Source: Octopus sinensis (lineage: Eukaryota). From it: a DNA stretch of 64,000 nucleotides. The notes beneath the pieces were generated by a model. The model was not told where the DNA came from, made no database searches, and saw nothing but the letters and a program-made list of their open reading frames with translations. This document shows, in pieces, positions 50,313 to 63,390 of the stretch; the first letter of the stretch is position 1; each line of letters starts with the position of its first letter. The stretch lies in contig NW_021835474.1 in the NCBI RefSeq assembly GCF_006345805.1, positions 1-64,000 on the forward strand, written 5' to 3'. Made by a program: the position numbers and the translations under genes.

Positions 50313-50530
50313 CTCCACAACCCAAAGTTCCAGTACATGCAGATGTTATCATGGCTGTTTCAGATTTTGTAGTGTTGAATTCTCTGATGAAGTAGATATA
50401 TAAGATGCCGAGAGAGTAGGCAAAGCCAAAGCCCAACACGTTGTTGTATAGTATAAAAACATAAGATAGATGTTTCATGAAAGAGGAACATTTGCTTGAC
50501 GTATGACCCTCCGGTGTACACTCCACTGCC
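50313..50530 (-). CDS. SLC16/MCT-like copy B, exon 2
   Basis: tttccag acceptor and G|gtaag donor; 218 bp as in copy A; LGFGFAYSLGILYIYFIREFNTTKSETAMITS. Confidence 0.88.
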
Positions 50531-50554
50531 CTGGAAACAGAGAAGAAATTCTAC

Positions 50555-50591
50555 AGTAGTAGTTGTAGCAGTAGTAGTAGTAGTGGTGGTG

Positions 50592-50622
<31 letters not shown>

Positions 50623-50846
50623 AAGTAGTGGTGGTAGTAGTAGTGGTGGTGGTGGTAGTAGTAGTAGTGGTGGTAGTAGTAGTGGTGGTGGTGGTGGTAG
50701 TAGTAGTAGTGGTGGTGGTGGTGGTGGTTGTAGTAGTAGTAGTAGTAATAGTAGTAGTAGTAGTAGTGGTGGTAGTAGTGGTAGTAGTAGTGGTGGTTGT
50801 AGTAGTAGTGGTAGTAGTAGTAGTAGTGGTGGTAGTAGTAGTAGTG

Positions 50847-50878
<32 letters not shown>

Positions 50879-51014
50879 GGTAGTAGTAGTGGTGGTGGTG
50901 GTAGTAGTAGTGGTAGTAGTAGTAGTGGTGGTGGTGGTAGTGGTAGTAGTAGTAGTAGTAGTGGTGGTAGTAGTAGTAGTGGTAGTAGTAGTAGTAGTGG
51001 TGGTAGTAGTAGTG

Positions 51015-51046
<32 letters not shown>

Positions 51047-51190
51047 GGTAGTAGTAGTAGTAGTGGTGTAGTAGTAGTAGTGGTAGTAGTAGTAGTAGTG
51101 GTGGTAGTAGTAGTGGTAGTAGTAGTGGTGGTGGTAGTAGTAGTGGTAGTAGTAGTAGTGGTGGTGGTGGCGGTAGTAGTAGTAGTGGTT

Positions 51191-51230
<40 letters not shown>
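50555..51230. repeat. (GTA/GTG)n microsatellite next to the MCT-B exon 2 acceptor
   Basis: Direct inspection. Confidence 0.95.
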
Positions 51231-51466
51231 AGCAGCAGCAGTGGTAATAGTAGTAGTTGTAGTAAAACAACATATAACAGCAGTACAGTACTAATAAAAA
51301 TGTACTTTTATAATTTCAGTAGTTTTACGTATTAGCGTGTTTTCACAGTAAAACCAAACTCAGCTCCGTGTAGATACAGTGGATACTCAGCGTATTTTAT
51401 TTCTGGTTTTATATTCTTCTATTGTATTGAAAGTAATCAGTTAATACACATTCACTGGTACTCTAG

Positions 51467-51498
<32 letters not shown>

Positions 51499-51807
51499 CT
51501 AGCAGTATCGCCCGGCGTTGCTTGGTTTTGTAAGGGAAATAACTATATAAGCATTTTTAGAGAGTTACTTCCCTTATATAAACCTAGCAAAAAATGGATT
51601 AAAAATGCGGAAAAATGATGGTAAATTTTTTTTTAAATCGTAGACTCATCGTAGACGCGCGCTAATACCCAGAAGGGCTCGATATGAATCACGACGATAA
51701 GATACCCGGTTTTGGTTAAACTGCAACGCAAAATGTGGGAGTAGTTAGGAATCTAAATCGAAGGAGACAGACTCTCACACACACAACTACAGTTTTATAT
51801 ATAAAGA
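51499..51807 (-). mobile_element. Non-autonomous Helitron inserted in (TA)n
   Basis: Same termini as the other family copies. Confidence 0.8.
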
Positions 51808-52631
51808 TATATATATATCGTGGCACTCCATTGGTTCTGACGACGAGGGCTCCAGTTGATCCAATCAACAGATCAGCCTGCTCGTGAAATTAATGTGCAT
51901 TAGGTGTAGGAGTGGCTGTGTGGTAAGTAGCTTGCTTACGAACCTCATGGTTCTGGTTTCAGTCCCACTGCATGGCACTTTGGGCAAGTGTCTTCTACTA
52001 TAACCTTGGGCCGACCAAAGCCTTGTCAGTGGATTTGGTAGACGGAAACTGAAAGAAGCCCGTCATATATATGTATATGTATATATATGTGTGTGTGTTT
52101 GTTTGTCGGCGTTTGTCCCCCCAACATCGCTTGACAACCGATGCTGATGTGTTTACGTACCCATAACTTAGTGGTTCGGCAAAAGAGACTGATAGAATAA
52201 GTCCTGGGGTTGATTTGCTCGACTAAAGGTGCTGCTCCAGCATAGCCACAGTCACGTGTATCCTTATCATAGTTCTTAGGGAGATTCAGCGTCACACAGA
52301 CTGTGACAAGGCTGGCCCTTTGAAATACAGGTACAACAGAAACAGGAAGAAACAGTGAAAGAAAGTTGTGGTGAAAGAGTACAGCAGAAAAATCCCTTAA
52401 ATGGCATTGTCATCCAGTATTCGTTTTCAGGTGTAATAATAGTGTAGGTGGCTATCACTTGATCTGAATAAATTTTTGTAAACTAAACCTCACTACTTCT
52501 GAAAATCTTTTTAAATAAGTGAAACCGGTTAAGTTAACAAATACTTTAAAAAAACTCTTGCATTTTCAGAATCTTTTCCTTATATTTTACTCATGATGTA
52601 ACACCCAACATTACTTTGTCATATATATATA

Positions 52632-52702
<71 letters not shown>

Positions 52703-52868
52703 GTATATATGTATATATATCTATATCTATATATATAATGTATATATATATATCTCTGTATATATATATATATTATATATATATATATATGTATTTATGA
52801 ATATATATCTATATATATATATATATACATACACACATACATATCTGTATATATGTATATATATCTAT

Positions 52869-52903
<35 letters not shown>

Positions 52904-53135
52904 CATATCAAGGGACATTTTCTAAATTTTGTATGTATTTGTGTGTGTGCATGTGTGCAAACCCAATAGAATTTCTTTACTTGTATATTAAGACTACCAT
53001 TGGTTTCATGTTAAAAAAATATCTTAATATCTTAACAATTTTTCAAGCCAATGACATAGAAGAATGGAGACGAATGCCATATTACGATATTATTCTTAAC
53101 ATAAAGCCAATGGTAGCCTTAATACACACACACAC

Positions 53136-53249
<114 letters not shown>

Positions 53250-54800
53250 GAGAACAAAAATACAGAAAATATGAAAATATAAGCAATTTCTTAGCTCAAC
53301 AGGAAACTCAGAGTTACGTAATAATCATAATCATAAATGGAATATGCAAGAAAGTCACGTGTGTATAATCAGTAAACAGACACAAAGAAATATTACAATA
53401 AGTCTGGCTTTCCTCATCAAGAGAGGATTGGCAAAAAACAGTTCGCATTGTAGTGCCAGAGATTTAAATGGCTGAAGGAAGAGGAGTAGAACAAGAACGT
53501 GAGGCAGGAAGAGGATTTCTATGACATTGGAGGGAAGTAATAGGGATAGAATAGCAAGAACAGAAAGAGAAGGGAAGAGCATAAAGTTAAAGTCAGAGTG
53601 ATGAAAGCAAACGTCACTAGTGGTCATGGTAATCTACTTAAGCGGACAATAAATCAGTTAGGGATGGCAGCTGGCCAGACGGAGGGACAGGAAGAGATAG
53701 GCAATGGAAAAAAGAAGTAGGGTGGGGATAGTGGAGGAAGAATATATTCTTAGATAAGGAGAAAAAGTGGTGCTAAATTGTAAGCAAAGAACTCAGTTAG
53801 GAGAAATCATAATGACTTTATGTAATGAGCAAATGTAGAATAAAATTTGTGCTTACTGAAGAAGATTACATCAGAGAATCTACTGAGTAACGAGGTATTA
53901 TGGTGGCAAAGAATAGCAGGTGATTACAGTTACAATGTGGTTACCAAGTTGATTTAATCAACTGGTCATGTGCATTGCGATCAAGACGGAAAAAGAAACC
54001 CTTTTCCCCCACCCCTAACCCTAACCCCACACATATATATATATATATATAAAGAACTTTACAGAAATTTTACGATCTTCTTCAAATGTAAACAGACTTG
54101 GCAATTAGGGTACTTGTACCGAAAGATGGCCAAAATGTGTAAATAAAAGAAATAACAAAAAGAGAAAATACGGAAAAAATTCAGAGTAAAATCCCCAAAA
54201 GTGGGGAGACCTCCGAGTGTGACATGCGGAAACCGCACAAAACCATAGTGACGCTGACCAGTAAGGCAAGTGCCCTTTCTCTCAGTTGCCCTTCTCTGAC
54301 CTACAGGAACATGCTCAGAGCAGGACTGTTCACATGAACCATGTTCACCACTCTCGTTCATCCTTCAACAAATTAGCTGAGAAGCAGCACTTCCCTCTCA
54401 ACTCATATTTTCTCGTTCAAATGAAACTCGAAAAAGCTGGTGAGAGTTTGGCTGAAGAGGAAACTGTCTGTCTCCATCCGTTTCAGTCTCGTCTACCACA
54501 AAAACTTTGTTCACGAAACCCACCAGACATAAAACCTGCATGCCCTTTCCAGTCAAAGGAAAGCAGCGAGACAGTCTTTATGATGGACTCAGTTGAGACT
54601 CAGCTAAGACATGGGTTTATGTGAGATTTTGGGTAGCCGCCAACCGTGTGTGATGTGGGTTTTTTTTTTTTGGGGGGGGGGGTTCTAGGTAATAGTGTGA
54701 TGTATGTAGTTTGTCGGTTACCGATATGCAACTACTGTAATCAATTATAAAATACTTAACATTACTAATAAATTTAAATAAAAACGAAAATACTAATTAC

Positions 54801-54970
54801 CTTACAGGTTGATCGGATTCTCGATTTGTGCATTCATCATCTTCACAAAATCCGGGATTCACACCTTTCTGGGGACATATCTCTGTAACAACTTCATTGA
54901 CATTTCTCTTCCCTTCTGGTTTAGCATTTAGTAAGTTTACTTGGATAATAATTTCGTTATCTTTGGCCAT
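54801..54970 (-). CDS. SLC16/MCT-like copy B, exon 1 (alternative in-frame ATG at 54985)
   Basis: MAKDNEIIIQVNLLNAK...QPV, AG|gtaatt donor; paralogous to 28821-29011. Confidence 0.7.
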
Positions 54971-55558
54971 TTTCGATCTAAACATCTACGGCTTGTTTTT
55001 CTGTGTGAGTGACTGTATGTATGTTTTGTATGTACGTATGCGGATCGGTGTCCCACCACTGATGGTCTCATTGAAGAAATAAACACAATATTTCCTCTTC
55101 TTATGTCTATATATCCAAGAAGCTCCTCGCCACCAAATTGTGTAAACGAATAAAAAGAAAAAAGAAAGGTTTAATGATATTCAGAAGCGTGCTGAAATGA
55201 GATAGCGCTCGAATAAATAATTCTCAGGTTACAAGATTAAAGCCCTCGAAACAATTAGCAGCTTACACTATCAGCCGACACTCTCGATTCGTCTACAAAA
55301 TTCTAAAGCTAATTTATTTTACATCACTTTTCTTATCTACTATTTCCCTTTTTTGTCATACTTTTCTCTGAAATTTGGTGCTTACTTATTCCATGCAGTC
55401 CAGTTCCAGATAGTGGGTCTCGCTTCAGGTATGTAGATAACAAGGTCAGAAATAATACTGTAAGCATTTCTAGGGCGAGAAGCTTTTACCAAAAATTTTT
55501 TTATCGGACTGAAAAACGCTCACCTCATTAGATACAGAGTTTAACTCTATTCGACTAC

Positions 55559-56362
55559 GATCTTTTCGGTTTGAACGGCAGTTTTTAACATAATTTCTAG
55601 GTAACTAAAAAATTTTAAACTTCGTATACTCTTTACTCTTTTACTTGTTTCAGTCATTTGACTGCGGCCATGCTGGAGCACCGCCTTTAGTCGAGAAAAT
55701 CGACCACGGGACTTATTCTTTGTAAAGCCCAGTACTTATTCTATCGGTCTCTTTTGCCGAACCGTTAAGTTACGGGGACGTAAACACACCAGCATCGGTT
55801 GTCAAGCAATGCTAGGGGGACAAACACACACACACACTCATACATATATACGACAGGCTTCTTTCAGTTTCCGTCTACCAAATCCACTCACAAGGCATTG
55901 GTCGGCCAGCGGCTATAGCAGAAGACACTTACCTAAGATGCCACGCAGTGGGACTGAACCCGGAACCATGTGGTTGGTTAGCAAGCTACTTACCACACAG
56001 CCACTCCTGCGCCTATACTGGTAGAATGTGTTTATAAAACATCTTTTTCTCTTGGCTTTATTGAGAAAATTCTATAGTTTGTGAGATATTTGTTGTTTTT
56101 TTTTCTTCAATTTCTGCAATTTCAACCAATCAATGACGTCTATTGAGGTGAAAACATTCTGTGCCGTATGAATATGTCCCTCGTTTAAGAAACAGATTGG
56201 GTTTATTTACATTTGTGAAGAAAAAAAGATACCTTCCCCCCCCCCCTAACCCTAACCCTAAAACAGATTGAAATGCAATAGATCGATTCTAGGGTCATAA
56301 TTATGGGTGACAATTTCATATGACACCGCTAGAAAAAACTGCCGTTCAAACCGAAAAGATCC
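55559..56362. mobile_element. Second copy of the telomeric-repeat MITE, with a nested SINE
   Basis: Same TIRs and internal sequence as 19425-19845. Confidence 0.85.
55628..56015 (-). mobile_element. Third-family SINE nested in a MITE
   Basis: Interrupts the MITE at tatact...tatact, relative to the uninterrupted copy at 19425-19845. Confidence 0.85.
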
Positions 56363-57237
56363 AAAAAATTATTTACTTTGTGTAAAAAAAAAAAAAATTA
56401 TTTTGTGTTTTATTTACTTTGCTAGGTAGTCGTTGTAGGATCGACTAGTCACGACTAGCTAGTGCGGATGCACAAGTACGCGAATGCGCGCACCGGGACC
56501 ACTCTTCTTAAGTAGTACCCCAAAATTGTAACTTTATTACCGGTCGCCAAATTATTACCATTGTCGGTACCTAGAATGTTTCTCTCCTGTCTCCTCGTAT
56601 GTTTCTTTGATGTTCTAGTAATAATTTTTTTTTACTGTAGCACCAGTTAGTAGTTTGGGGACACATGCTGACCATTTAATGTTGGCATTGCGCAAATTCA
56701 GACAACAACTTCCGGCCAAATCGAAAGCGCTTCCAAAAGCTAAAAGTTCAGGGGAGTTGCTGCGAAGACGTTGAACTGTCAACAATGTACTTTCAAGATC
56801 TTCATTCTATCAGCCTCGTCTAGAACATTAGAAGTTACTGTTTTGCTTTCGCAATCATTAGCAACTATGAATCCTTGGACCCAGTTCTTCAAGTGACATT
56901 CGTTTCTTTTAAGCAGTTATGAAGCTTATTATATCGTTTTCATCCGGTTTGCTGAAATCGGCTTTTTCCAGCAAGATTCGTATCTGCATTGACATTTGTC
57001 CTCTTTTGTATTTCCACTCTGGAGACCCTGGAAATTGTAGTAAGTGAAACCGAAATTATTCATATCTTACAAATGTTTTTCTTGCCAGACTCTATGTTTA
57101 CATTTTGATGTTTAGCACACGCACCTTAATTTCTCCTGTAATTTACGTTTGTTCTGCGTTGTTTGGAAACTGTAATAAGAATTGTATTTCATTTGAACAC
57201 ATACAATTCATTTGCATTCTGGTATCTATCGTTACCT

Positions 57238-57581
57238 ATTTCTTTACAACCCACAAGGGGTTACACAGAGGGGACAAACGGATTAAGTCGATTACATCGA
57301 CCCCAGTGCGTAACTGGTCCTTAATTTATCGACCCGAAAGGATGAAGGCAAAGTCCTTCTGGAGGATTTGAACTCAGAACTTAAATGCAGATGAAATACC
57401 TATTTCTTTATACCCACAAGGGGCTAAACACAGAGGGGACACAACAAGGACAGAAAAGGGATTAAGTCGATTACATCGACCCCAGTGCGTAACTGGTACT
57501 AATTTATCGACCCGAAAGGATGAAAGGCAAAGTCGACCTCGGCGGAATTTGAACTCAGAACGTAACGGCAGACGAAATACC
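57238..57581 (-). repeat. Two tandem SINE body+Tx1-like-tail units (3' part of the SINE split by the LINE)
   Basis: Same unit as the arrays at 13091 and 15790; junctions at ...GAAATACC|TATTTC. Confidence 0.85.
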
Positions 57582-57828
57582 AATTTCTTTATTGCCCACG
57601 GGGGCCAAACATAGATATGGACAGTACAACTGATGGGATCAGTGAATCGATATGATTTTACATAAATGTGACATCAAAAATAAAATACAATACATAAAAA
57701 TCGAATGGAATACACAGTACAAAAACAATACAAATGAAGCGATGATCAAGTTACGCTCCGATCCCACAAGCCCCGATCTACCGCTGATACCTTTTTATTT
57801 TCCTTTTTTTTTTTTTTTCCTCGTCTAT

Positions 57829-60800
57829 TCACACGGTTCCTTGCACGCACAACACTCGTGCAACATACTTCCATCTCTTTTGGAACGTACACTCTGACAG
57901 ACACCTCTTCTCCAGCCACAGTTTCCTTTTCAAATGAAAAGAAAAAAAGGATCGTAAATTGTCACCAGAGATAAAGTTGCCTGTTAATTCCTTATCCTTA
58001 TCCTAGTATTCCATACAGCCTCTTTTGCTATTGCTACAACCGTGAGAAAACAATTCTTACCTTCGTTCGTTAGAACTCCCGGTGGGTCAATTTTTATAAT
58101 TGACTCAGTCGACAGCCGTACTCTTCCTTCGCCGGACAACAGATGTTCAGCATAAGCCCACATTTCAGTTATCTCCGGACACTGAACAATAGCGTGAGGG
58201 ACGGTTTCCCTGTCCCCACCGCATCTTGGACAGGTCGGCGACTGACGTTTACCATGTCTTGCGAGCTTATCCCAAACGGGCAAGGCACCTCTGTAGCATT
58301 GCCAGGTTAAGGACTTTTGGAAGTTGTCCAACGTTCTCAACCCGAATGTACGATGAAACAAGCTGTCCAGTTGAATAAATCCGAGACCTAGAGTCGACCC
58401 CAGGCCATCGTCGCATTCAGACTCTACCAACCCACTATATAAAATCCGTGTGGAACCCCCACCGCTGGCGTTGCCCGAGCGCCGGAACAGCAAGAGGGCC
58501 TTACGGCACTCTTTATGCCACTCACTCGACCTCGGTCTACGAGAACAGGCTTCCTGTTCGCAAAAACTCTTGAACTCAGGGAACATTTGTCTGGCCAGCG
58601 GAGACCACACCCGTTCACTATCCAGGAGAATCCAGAGGTGCCTCAACCTCAACGCATGTCTGCGCATCATTAACCAAGGCATCCCTAAACCTCCATTTAA
58701 AGGCTTTTGACAGCAGACAGAGCGTTTCACAAGTGGCGACCTGCCCTTCCACAAAAAGCGAAAGAGCTGTCTCTCCAACCTGATCAACCACGAATCCGGA
58801 CAGGGCACGACAGTCAGGCGGTAGGTAATGACCGATGCGATAAACACATTGGCCACTTCCGCCCTCCCTTTCAGGGATAGCCACCGCCAAGACCAAGTCT
58901 TGACTACTGCAGCCACCCTGCTCAATACCTCCGTCCAGTTCTTCTCTATCTGGAGGCCTGGTCCAAACCAGACTCCCAGCAACTTAACCGGTCCCTCCGT
59001 CCAGCGCCTAACAACACTGTCTGAAGGCATCGACTTGCCAACCCAGGTGCCGAGCTGCAAGCCGACCGACTTTTCCCGGTTAATCTTTGCTCCTGCTACC
59101 TCCTCGTAAGCCTCAATAGTCTTACCTACTTCACGTAGGCGTACCACTGTGGTTACACTGATAGTGATATCATCCGCGAAAGCCGTAACAAACTCCTCTA
59201 GTCCTGGTTCTCTCGGGATGCCACTCAACCTTTGCAGTAATGGCTCGAGAGCCATCACATACAAAAGTGGTGAAAGCGGACATCCTTGACGAACCGAGCG
59301 TCTGATGCAGAACGGCTTCGAAAGGAAACCGTTCACCCGAACTATCGAGTCAATGTTGTGGTACAAAGCGATAAACCACCTGAGGAAGCCAAGGCCCAGG
59401 CCAAACCGCGCAAGTACAGTCGCTAGGTATCGATGGTCAACCCTATCAAAAGCTTTAGACTGGTCCAAATGCACCAATGCCCCACCTTTGCCAGATTTAT
59501 TACCAAACCTCTCTATGGTATAGCGAATAAGATGGAGGGTATCCTGAATGGTTCTGCCTGGGATGGCACATGTCTGTGCCTCCCCGACTATACCATTCGC
59601 GACACGCGCCAACCTTTTTGCTAGAACCTTGGCCAAAATCTTCACTTCTGCGTTTAACAGAGTGATGGGCCTGAAATTCTCTAGAACGTCCCCCTTGTCC
59701 GGGTCCTTTCTGACCAACGTCACTACTCCCCGGCGCACAGATCTGGGGATAAACCCATTCTGTTTCCAGTTCGCGTACACGTCAGTCAGTAGTTGCCCGA
59801 ACAAGTCTGGCATACATTTATACAGCTCGTACGGAAGACCATCAAGTCCCGGTGACTTACCCGCTTTACAATCGGCCAAAGCCTCCATCACCTCCTCAAG
59901 TGTGATTGGCCCTTCGCAAGACTCCGCATCCGACCCCGAGAGGCACGGCAGCCCGGTAAGAAAGTCCTCGAGGGCTCTCCCACCACCAGGACCGCCGTCA
60001 CCCCCGAACAGCTGGGCGAAGTACTCCCGAAAGACCTCACACATTTTCTCGGGTTCGTTTATCAAGACACCATTTTGATTCGTCAAAGACCGAATAGAGG
60101 AACTATTTCCTTGCCGAGCTTCCACCACTCGGGCCCATCCAGCGGCTTTGATTCCTTCACTTCCCATTGCACGTAACTTAGCTCTGGTAATACTTCCCAT
60201 GTGGTGGGCTTCAAGATGCTGGTTTAACTCCAGTCTTTTCACCCTCGCTTGGTCTGTATTACCAGTCCTCCAGGCTTCTTCTAGTTCCTTAACTAGACCA
60301 TCTCCTATTTTACGTCCCTTCTTAGCTAAACTTATGCTAAACCTAATAGACTCATATTTGATGGCTCTTTTTAGGGCGTACCACCATTTGTTATTAATGA
60401 TGGTACCTGTTAATGCCCTCTGTATTAACATCTTGATCCGCTTTCTGTACTCCTCAATCGCCAAAAGGGACGTATTGAGTTTCCAGTAGCCAGATCCCTG
60501 TCTATGCAACTTATCTACCGTCAGTTTACAGGTAACCATCTTGTGGTCACTGTAGCTGACTAGAAAAAACTGTGGACACTCAACTATGGACTTATTTTTC
60601 TCTAATTAAAATCCTATCTAGATATGTTCTGGTAGACCCGTCACTATTTGACCACGTCCACTGTGGAGTGTTCGGGTGCTCCAACCTATATGGATCTGCT
60701 AGCTGAAATTGACTTAGCAGATCCCGAAAGCCTGTGTTACATTTTCTGTTCATGTTCGAGTTTGAGCCAACACAATCTGTGTGTGCTGCACATATTGTAT

Positions 60801-61230
60801 TAGAGTCTCCTAACACTACTAGTGAATGCGACGTGGCTAGGAACTTTCCTAGGCCACGAAAATATTCAGTTTGCGGGCCAATAATGTTTGGTGCATAAAT
60901 AGCGACCAGCCTGATTGTCTTGCCACAACTGAATGTCAAGTCGAGAACGACCAGCCTGCCTTCTGGGTCAGAAAAAACCAACTTTTTCTCGGCTACCCGG
61001 TTTCTTTTTAGTAGGACCAACACCCCACCCCCACCTCCCGCCCGACTCGGAGAAACGTATTTCTCGTAGCCGTTCAGGAGGGGGAGCAGATCTCTTGGCC
61101 CCTTCACCCGGGTTTCCGTTGCAACAATTACATCCAAATTTCTCGACCTGATGTCATTCAGAAAGCGTCCTTGCTTCCAGCTTGACAACAGGCCATGAAC
61201 ATTTAAACAACCAATGTGAATAGCCATCAC
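57829..61230 (-). pseudogene. LINE ORF2 (APE endonuclease + reverse transcriptase + zinc finger), frameshifts near 60595 and 57990
   Basis: CLNVHGL, YAPN, YLDRI, SDHK (APE); GYWKLN, KSPGLDGL, FRPITLLN, KAFDRVDH, RQGCPLSP, FADD (RT); CPRC..H...C; a shifted frame continues ...FHLKRKLWLEKR...VQGTV* to 57829. Confidence 0.9.
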
Positions 61231-61238
61231 TTACCTGT

Positions 61239-62591
61239 TTAATTAGGATTGTCCGGTGGAGGGGGACCCTCCACCTTTTTTTTATCCAGGGTCGGAGGTG
61301 GACGGTCTTGGGAAATAGATTTGTCAAAATCCCGTCTCACCACCGACACAGAATTATCAGGTGGAGGGGGAATCTCCACCTTTTCCTTTTCTCGCGGGAT
61401 CGGAGCTGGTAATCCATGAAATATCGACTTGTTAAAATCTAATCTCAATGAAGATACAGTCTTTCTGTACTTATTTTGTAGAATTCTATAAGTCTTATTT
61501 GAGACTTCATATATGTCGTAATTGATAAATTCCTCTGAAAGGTTATCAATTTTTTTTACAGTCTTTATGAGTTGAATGTCTCTCATGAGCTCAGTATCTT
61601 TAGTGTATACGGCTATTATGCCTTTTTCTTCTTTTTCTCTTCTGGCAGTCTTTTTTGGTCGTTGTTCTGTAGTAGTCGCCGCTCTCGGCTGGGTTGCTGG
61701 TTGTATTTTTCTGTTTGTTGTTTTTTTCTCATCTGTCTTCTTTATCTTCTTCCTCTTTGTCTTTTTTCTCCTCTTCCTCCTCTTCTTCATTTTCCTTGCA
61801 GTTCCTTCGAATGTGGCCTAATTGACCACATAAAAAACATCGAGGTTTTCGGCCCTCAACAAACACCACGAGGTTCTCCTCCCCTACCTCAATTGTCTCA
61901 GGAATTGTTTGAATTATTTTAGGGTCCGCTTGAATGAGAAGATTAATTGTTTTACCATCCCAGCGTGGGTTTTCCGTAGCGGTAGCCTGGAGGAGAGTAA
62001 TTTTTTCTACCTCTTTGATTAGGACTGCCGCCAACAACCACATAGGTTCGACCTCTGGCGGGACCCTTGTAATTTTTATTCGCGACGTCCTCATCCCCAT
62101 ATAATAGGGTATTAACTCCACGTCGTTCGTTTTCAACGTTTCCACTGAGTTCTTGTGTGCTATTTCTTTATTGGTGAACCTTACTTCCACCGTTCCGAAT
62201 TTTTTTCCTCTTCTCAGAAATACTACGTCGCCCAATATTGGCTTTAAGCACTTTTCTATTTTCTCTTCTGACATTCTTTCAATTTTTCTTTTTGTAGACA
62301 ATATGTTTTGAAAATTATTGTTTTTTGCTTTTCTTCCTGTAATAACTTTTGCGGAGGTTCAATTTTCACACTGTTGTCATTTATTTCCATCATTTTGCTG
62401 TATTTCATAATTTCGCTTTTATTCGTCGACAGTATCTGGGTTCCACCCCCAGCAGCCAACGCAAAATTTTTTCCATTTTTTGGTTCTATCTGGATGCTAG
62501 GCACATCAATTATTCTCTTCGACACAATGCCTTTGTTCTCTGGCAAAGTCGGAAACTCTTCTGGTGAAAGTTCTGACGAGCTCTCAGACAC
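61239..62591 (-). pseudogene. LINE ORF1 (gag-like), two frameshifts
   Basis: Overlapping ORFs 62256-62591, 61729-62301 (zinc knuckle CFLCGQLGHIRRNC) and 61239-61790; ends 8 bp before the ORF2 ATG. Confidence 0.75.
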
Positions 62592-62924
62592 ATCTCCAAA
62601 AATATCAAATATATTATCCTCTCTGCTATTCCTTCTTGTAGCGGGGGAACCCTATTTCCTTGTCTGTAGTTGGCTCCTCGCCGGACATGTATTTCCTCCT
62701 CTCAACAGGAGAAACAAGTATTTCTGCTCCAACGGTAGGCTCCATGCTAGACGACATTCTTCCCCCGAAAGGGGGAATGAACAACGCGTGCTACCACAAG
62801 CACTAAGTGTTTTCAATTGAAAACTCCAACAGTTAAGTTATTCAACAGTTTAACAAGAAACAACAGTTGTTAACAATATTAACACCACGAAACAGCAATT
62901 CTTACTTCACGAACACATGTGCGA

Positions 62925-62985
62925 CAGACGAAATACCGCAAAGCATTTCGCCCGGCGTGCTAACGATTCTGCCAGCTCGCCGCCT
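62925..62985 (-). mobile_element. 5' head of the tRNA-like SINE split by the LINE
   Basis: GGCGGCGAGCTGGCAGAATCGTTAGCACGCCGGGCGAAATGC...GTATTTCGTCTG with an A-box-like TGGCAGAATCG; the whole composite is bounded by a 21-bp direct repeat (57217-57237 and 62986-63006, 1 mismatch). Confidence 0.85.
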
Positions 62986-63390
62986 TTCTGGTACCTATCG
63001 TTACCTTTATGTAAAACAGCCATTTGCATTTCTTGCTAAACTTGCTAAATTGGTGATTACACGCCGCTAGAATATTTCTTTTGAAATATTCTCTAAAGAA
63101 AACAACAACAAAATTGAAGCACAAACAGATAAGCTAAAGACTATTTGGCAATCTTTCGTTTGTAGTAGACCTTTCCGTCGATGATTTCCGTAAAAAACTT
63201 TTATTCTTTTACATATGGGCTTGCGGTAACTTCTGAAGTAATGAGAGCGAAAGAGACTAAGAGAAAGCGATTTTATGACGAGGGAAGTTCTTTTCAAGTT
63301 ACCGTGCAAGAGAAGCATTGATGTACATGTGTATGTGTGTGCGTATGTGTGTGTGTGTGTGTTTGATGGGGTGTGGGAGACAGAAAGTAT

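Larger units (their letters stand above)
57582..62924 (-). mobile_element. Near full-length Tx1/L1-clade non-LTR retrotransposon
   Basis: ORF1 with a CCHC knuckle, ORF2 with APE + RT + C-terminal zinc finger; flanked by the TSD CAGACGAAATACC (57569-57581 and 62925-62937). Confidence 0.92.

Noticed and set aside
56600-57000. Possible DNA transposase remnant on the minus strand (IVANDCE-like)
   Set aside because: Too degraded to assign without a search
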